DNA of 64,000 bases from an uncultured cyanobacterium. GTDB taxonomy: Bacteria; Cyanobacteriota; Cyanobacteriia; Cyanobacteriales; CAWUOF01. The notes below the pieces were generated by a model. That model did not search any database, was not told the DNA's origin, and was given only the letters and a program-made list of their open reading frames with translations. The DNA lies in contig CAVUSO010000001.1 in assembly GCA_963744145.1 (NCBI GenBank), positions 5,600,001 through 5,664,000 of the forward strand. The letters run 5' to 3'. Position numbers and translations under genes: made by a program. Of this stretch, positions 62,355-64,000 are shown piece after piece (position 1 is the stretch's first letter; each line of letters starts with the position of its first letter).

Positions 62355-63782
62355 ATGACACTCACAGAAAAAGATTTACAAAACCTACCAGGAGATGGAG
62401 AAGGTATCGATCCCTATAACCCTGGTAAATACGAACAATTGCTTGAAGATTTACAGGGTAATATTCTCAATTCTCACGGACGTGATTATAGCGTCCATCT
62501 ATTTTTGCAATTCAAGGCTGGTAAAGTAGATGATGCCAAAAAATGGATTCAAAATTTTGCCACGCAATATGTAAAATCTGCTAAACAACAGGCTGAAAGC
62601 GCAAGTCTCTACAGAGAAAAACACATTAACGGTGGGGTATTTAGTAACTTTTTTTTAACAGTTAAGGGTTATGAGTATCTCCGCTATTCTCCAGCAAAAA
62701 TCCCCAGCAATCAACCTTTTCGTTTCGGAATGAAAAACCCGACGATCGCCAAATCGTTAGGAGACCCAGAAGTTAAAAAATGGGAGCCCGGTTATCAAGA
62801 AGAAATTCATGCTTTAGTAATAATGGCAGATGATAACTTAGTAGCCTTACTCCAAAAAGTTAACACAATGATGCAACAGATGTACCATGTTGCTGAAGTT
62901 CTTAACCGAGAAGATGGTTTTATTTTGAAAAATTCTCGAGGGCAATTTGTTGAACATTTTGGCTTTGTAGATAATATCAGTCAGCCGCTATTTCTGAAAC
63001 GGGAAATTCAACTAGCCAAAGAAAAAGGTGGTAACTTTAGCAAATGGGACCCTAGGGCTTCTTTAGAAACTATCTTAGCTAAAGATCCCAATGGTAAGAA
63101 AGAAGATAGCTATGGTAGTTATCTAGTTTACCGCAAACTGGAACAAAATGTCAAAGGATTCCGTGAAGACCAGCGCAAACTAGCTGAAGAACTAGGTGTA
63201 ACCGAAGATTTAGCCGGTGCCCTGGTTGTCGGTAGGTTTTTCGATGGAACGCCAGTCACTCTCCAAGATCAACCTCTGTACGCCAACCCGATCCGACCGT
63301 TGGATACGATGAATGAGTTCGATTACAGCGATGATACCGAGGGAACAAAGTGCCCGTTCCATTCTCACCTCCGTAAAACTAACCCTCGAGGAGACACAGG
63401 ACGTGTAGAATCTTCGGTAACTTACGAAGATTCCTTGCAATTAGAAAGACGCCATCGCATCGTTCGTCGCGGTCTTAGTTTTGGAGAAGATGACTTGAAC
63501 CAGGAACCTGAAACTGGCTCAGGATTGCTCTTTTTGTGTTTTCAAGCTGATATTGAAAATCAGTTCAATTTTATCCAAGCAGCATGGTCTAATTCGCCTA
63601 ACTTTGTCAAGATCGATGTTGGACCTGATCCCCTGATTAGTAACCCATCAACTAGCCCTCATAGGTGACCAGTGAAGTGGGGGAAAGCGAAGGTTAAACA
63701 ATGTGCCTTTAGCCTCTGGGTAACCCTCAAAGGTGGTGAATACTTTTTTGCCCCTAGTATCAGCTCTCTCAAAAGCATATAA
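62355..63782 (+). pseudogene. DyP-type peroxidase (AnaPX-like) with a premature TGA at 63666-63668
   Basis: LQGNIL, EHFGFVD, SYLVYRKLEQ, CPFHSHLRKTNPR and HRIVRRG; the frame continues past TGA as PVKWG...GGEYFFAPSIS..* to 63782. Confidence 0.88.
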
Positions 63783-63843
63783 ATGCGGTGAATGCGGTGA
63801 TCGGCATCCGGATCACACAAACGGGATCGCTCTGACATCTGTG

Positions 63844-63891
63844 GGAGCATCCCGTTTTTGTAGATCCGGAGCATCCCGCTTTTGTAGATCC
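63844..63891 (+). repeat. 2 x 24-bp tandem repeat
   Basis: ggagcatcccgtttttgtagatcc followed by ggagcatcccgcttttgtagatcc. Confidence 0.85.
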
Positions 63892-63917
63892 CCCACCCGC
63901 TACAGGTTGAAACCAAT

Positions 63918-64000
63918 GTCGGGGAGAATATTTTCCCGAACCGTTCATGGTTACTCAAGATTGGGTCTTGCTCTAGGAACTAGGGGCAAATTGTTGGCGA
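63918..64000 (+). pseudogene. Degenerate copy of part of the GH-GT2 gene (41456-41538), running off the right edge
   Basis: Ungapped 83-nt alignment with about 10 mismatches, including CAA to TAG. Confidence 0.85.

Noticed and set aside
62355..63782. Encapsulin cargo system or selenocysteine readthrough at the TGA
   Set aside because: No encapsulin shell gene in the window; the TGA aligns with a Trp in the recalled homologue, so a nonsense change or base-call error is simpler
63844..63891. Possible CRISPR array from the 24-bp repeats
   Set aside because: Only two abutting copies with no spacer and no cas genes; a simple tandem duplication

Overview
A 64-kb window of a cyanobacterial chromosome (apcE, cyanoglobin, XisI, pentapeptide-repeat and WD40 proteins, abundant HIP1 octamer GCGATCGC). 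From left to right: (i) 1-6 kb, an ABC ATPase, a PhnD-like binding protein coupled to a histidine kinase, NADAR, GlbN and an NTF2 protein. (ii) 6.4-17.9 kb, a complete methylation-type chemosensory operon cheY-cheA-cheW-mcp-(PAS/HEAT)-cheR-cheB-cheC, whose gene order matches Myxococcus Che7 rather than typical cyanobacterial taxis loci. (iii) 18-23 kb, MgtC, an ABC permease and a WD40/coiled-coil paralogue pair. (iv) 22.7-38 kb, a mobile and defence patchwork: a cassette bracketed by a 108-bp direct repeat; a 6.3-kb element with terminal inverted repeats (TIRs) and a target-site duplication (TSD) carrying a BamHI-like R-M system, an ATPase-TOPRIM pseudogene and a nested IS4; an amino-acid-permease/histidine-kinase fusion; a broken PARIS-like pair; and many MITEs. 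(v) apcE. (vi) 41.3-64 kb, a carbohydrate-redox island: a GH-GT2 fusion with an ABC exporter, two six-hairpin glycosidases, a [3Fe-4S] GMC dehydrogenase, a ferritin-like protein, a dehydrogenase small subunit, an IolE-like enzyme with a hidden signal peptide, an NTF2 protein, a 3-epimerase-like enzyme, a copper-radical oxidase and an AnaPX-like DyP peroxidase. Five genes in this island carry single frameshifts or a nonsense codon. No rRNA, tRNA or CRISPR array was seen. All family assignments come from motif recognition by eye, not database searches.
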